DNA of 64,000 nucleotides. Source: Macrostomum hystrix. Its lineage: Eukaryota > Animalia > Platyhelminthes. The DNA is taken from positions 2,294,001-2,358,000 of the forward strand of contig CATNEN010000002.1 in the NCBI GenBank assembly GCA_950097015.1, in the 5' to 3' direction. The position numbers and the translations under genes were made by a program. A model generated the notes under the pieces. That model was not told the origin of the DNA. It saw only the letters and a list, made by a program, of their open reading frames with translations, and searched no databases. This document shows positions 62,906-64,000 of this stretch, piece after piece (position 1 is the first letter of the stretch; the number at the start of each line of letters is the position of its first letter).

Positions 62906-64000
62906 CTATAAGATAACATCACATTGAATACATAATAATGAATAGAGAGCAGAGCTAGTATAAGAAGCAAATAGTTAAAAACTGTAAGCATACTGTAAAG
63001 CATATTATTAAGTAGTTGCACAAACTTATGAATGAAATCAACATTAGAAATTATAAATATTTTCTGTTAATATACATTTCTAAATTATTACATTTTAAGA
63101 CTTTGAAAAATGGCAATGTTCTACTTCTGTTCATTATATTATTTTTTCGTTTGAATTTGTGCTACACATGCATTCTGAGTTTGAAAAAGTTGTGCTAACG
63201 TGGCTTTGCAGTGACTTGACACTTGGATCTATGTCTATTGCAGAACCTGGCAAATATGGGGGAACAGAAAGCTAAAGCATAGAAATTCTGTAGCTGAAGA
63301 ATTAAAATGCATGGCATGACTGCTGTTCTATTCAAAAGCCACCTCGAAGAATTCTTATGGCACTGTCTATACCCCAAGAATAGCTTCTTTGCCCTCCTCT
63401 ACTGGATTAGGCACTATTAACAGGTTTGAAAGAAGAAAGACTGACCAAAACTTTTCAGAACTGTCTGACCAAACTACATACTTTTTGTTACTGTTAAACA
63501 TGTTTTTTTGTCTTTACCTATTGTTTGCAAACAAAAAATAATATAACAAAAAGAAGTAGAACATTGCCAAAAAATTATATGATATGACATATCTAATGGT
63601 AGTTAAATCCTTGTGCAACATAAAAATATTATTATATATGAAAAGAAAGTTTACTCCTAAAAATACATGACTTGAGAGTTTTTAATGAGATTATTAAGTC
63701 TTAGCTATATAATTTTAAAGTGTTTGACTTATCATTTTTTCCTATTATTGTCTTACAATCATTAATCAATTGTCTTGTGTGTCTGACATTTTGATGCTTA
63801 CAAATGTATGCCAAATTAGAAATATATAATTAGAAATATATATATTTTTGTGTGTACACCAAATGTATCCTATTGTCAGATGTATTCCATATATATGCCA
63901 GATATATGCCTATTTTTTGTTCATACTGATGCATGCTGGAATTTTCAACAAAAAGCCCACTTTCCTGATGGTGGGTAGTAGGCGTCTGACCAAGACTTTG

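Noticed and set aside
63200-63260. Mini-exon candidate (GSAIDIDPSVKSLQSH) upstream of the 62653-62905 ORF
   Set aside because: Its donor phase does not match the phase-2 acceptor at 62905.

Overview
Eukaryotic (animal) genomic DNA, very rich in repeats. GC-rich, Ala/Gln/Ser-run coding exons sit among AT-rich spacers and many minisatellites. This is consistent with a free-living flatworm such as Macrostomum, which is inference only. Host genes I can support: a secreted PAN-like + fibrinogen-domain protein (+, 17942-19354), a two-exon SID-1/SIDT-family membrane protein (-, 19694-22312), a PPP1R14/CPI-17-family PP1 inhibitor (+, 24950-26025), a teashirt/tiptop zinc-finger gene (-, 33889-35478) and an LZTS/Fez1-family coiled-coil gene (+, 52249-54422). 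Mobile DNA dominates the rest, and many boundaries are readable from TIRs and target-site duplications. The main element is a 6.6-kb foldback transposon (2113-8690, 10-bp TSD) whose arms are inverted 176/177-bp satellite arrays and whose core is an LTR-PBS-gag-only Ty3/Gypsy cassette. Also present: a minisatellite-laden Helitron-like element, a 5'-truncated DD34D mariner, nested SINEs, a TA-flanked MITE, a hAT-like MITE inserted into its own family's TIR, a Merlin deletion derivative, an internally deleted THAP/P element, and a Mutator-like element with ~830-bp TIRs. The strongest candidate for something undescribed is the foldback/satellite/Gag-only composite. All calls are by-eye motif recognition; no searches were run.
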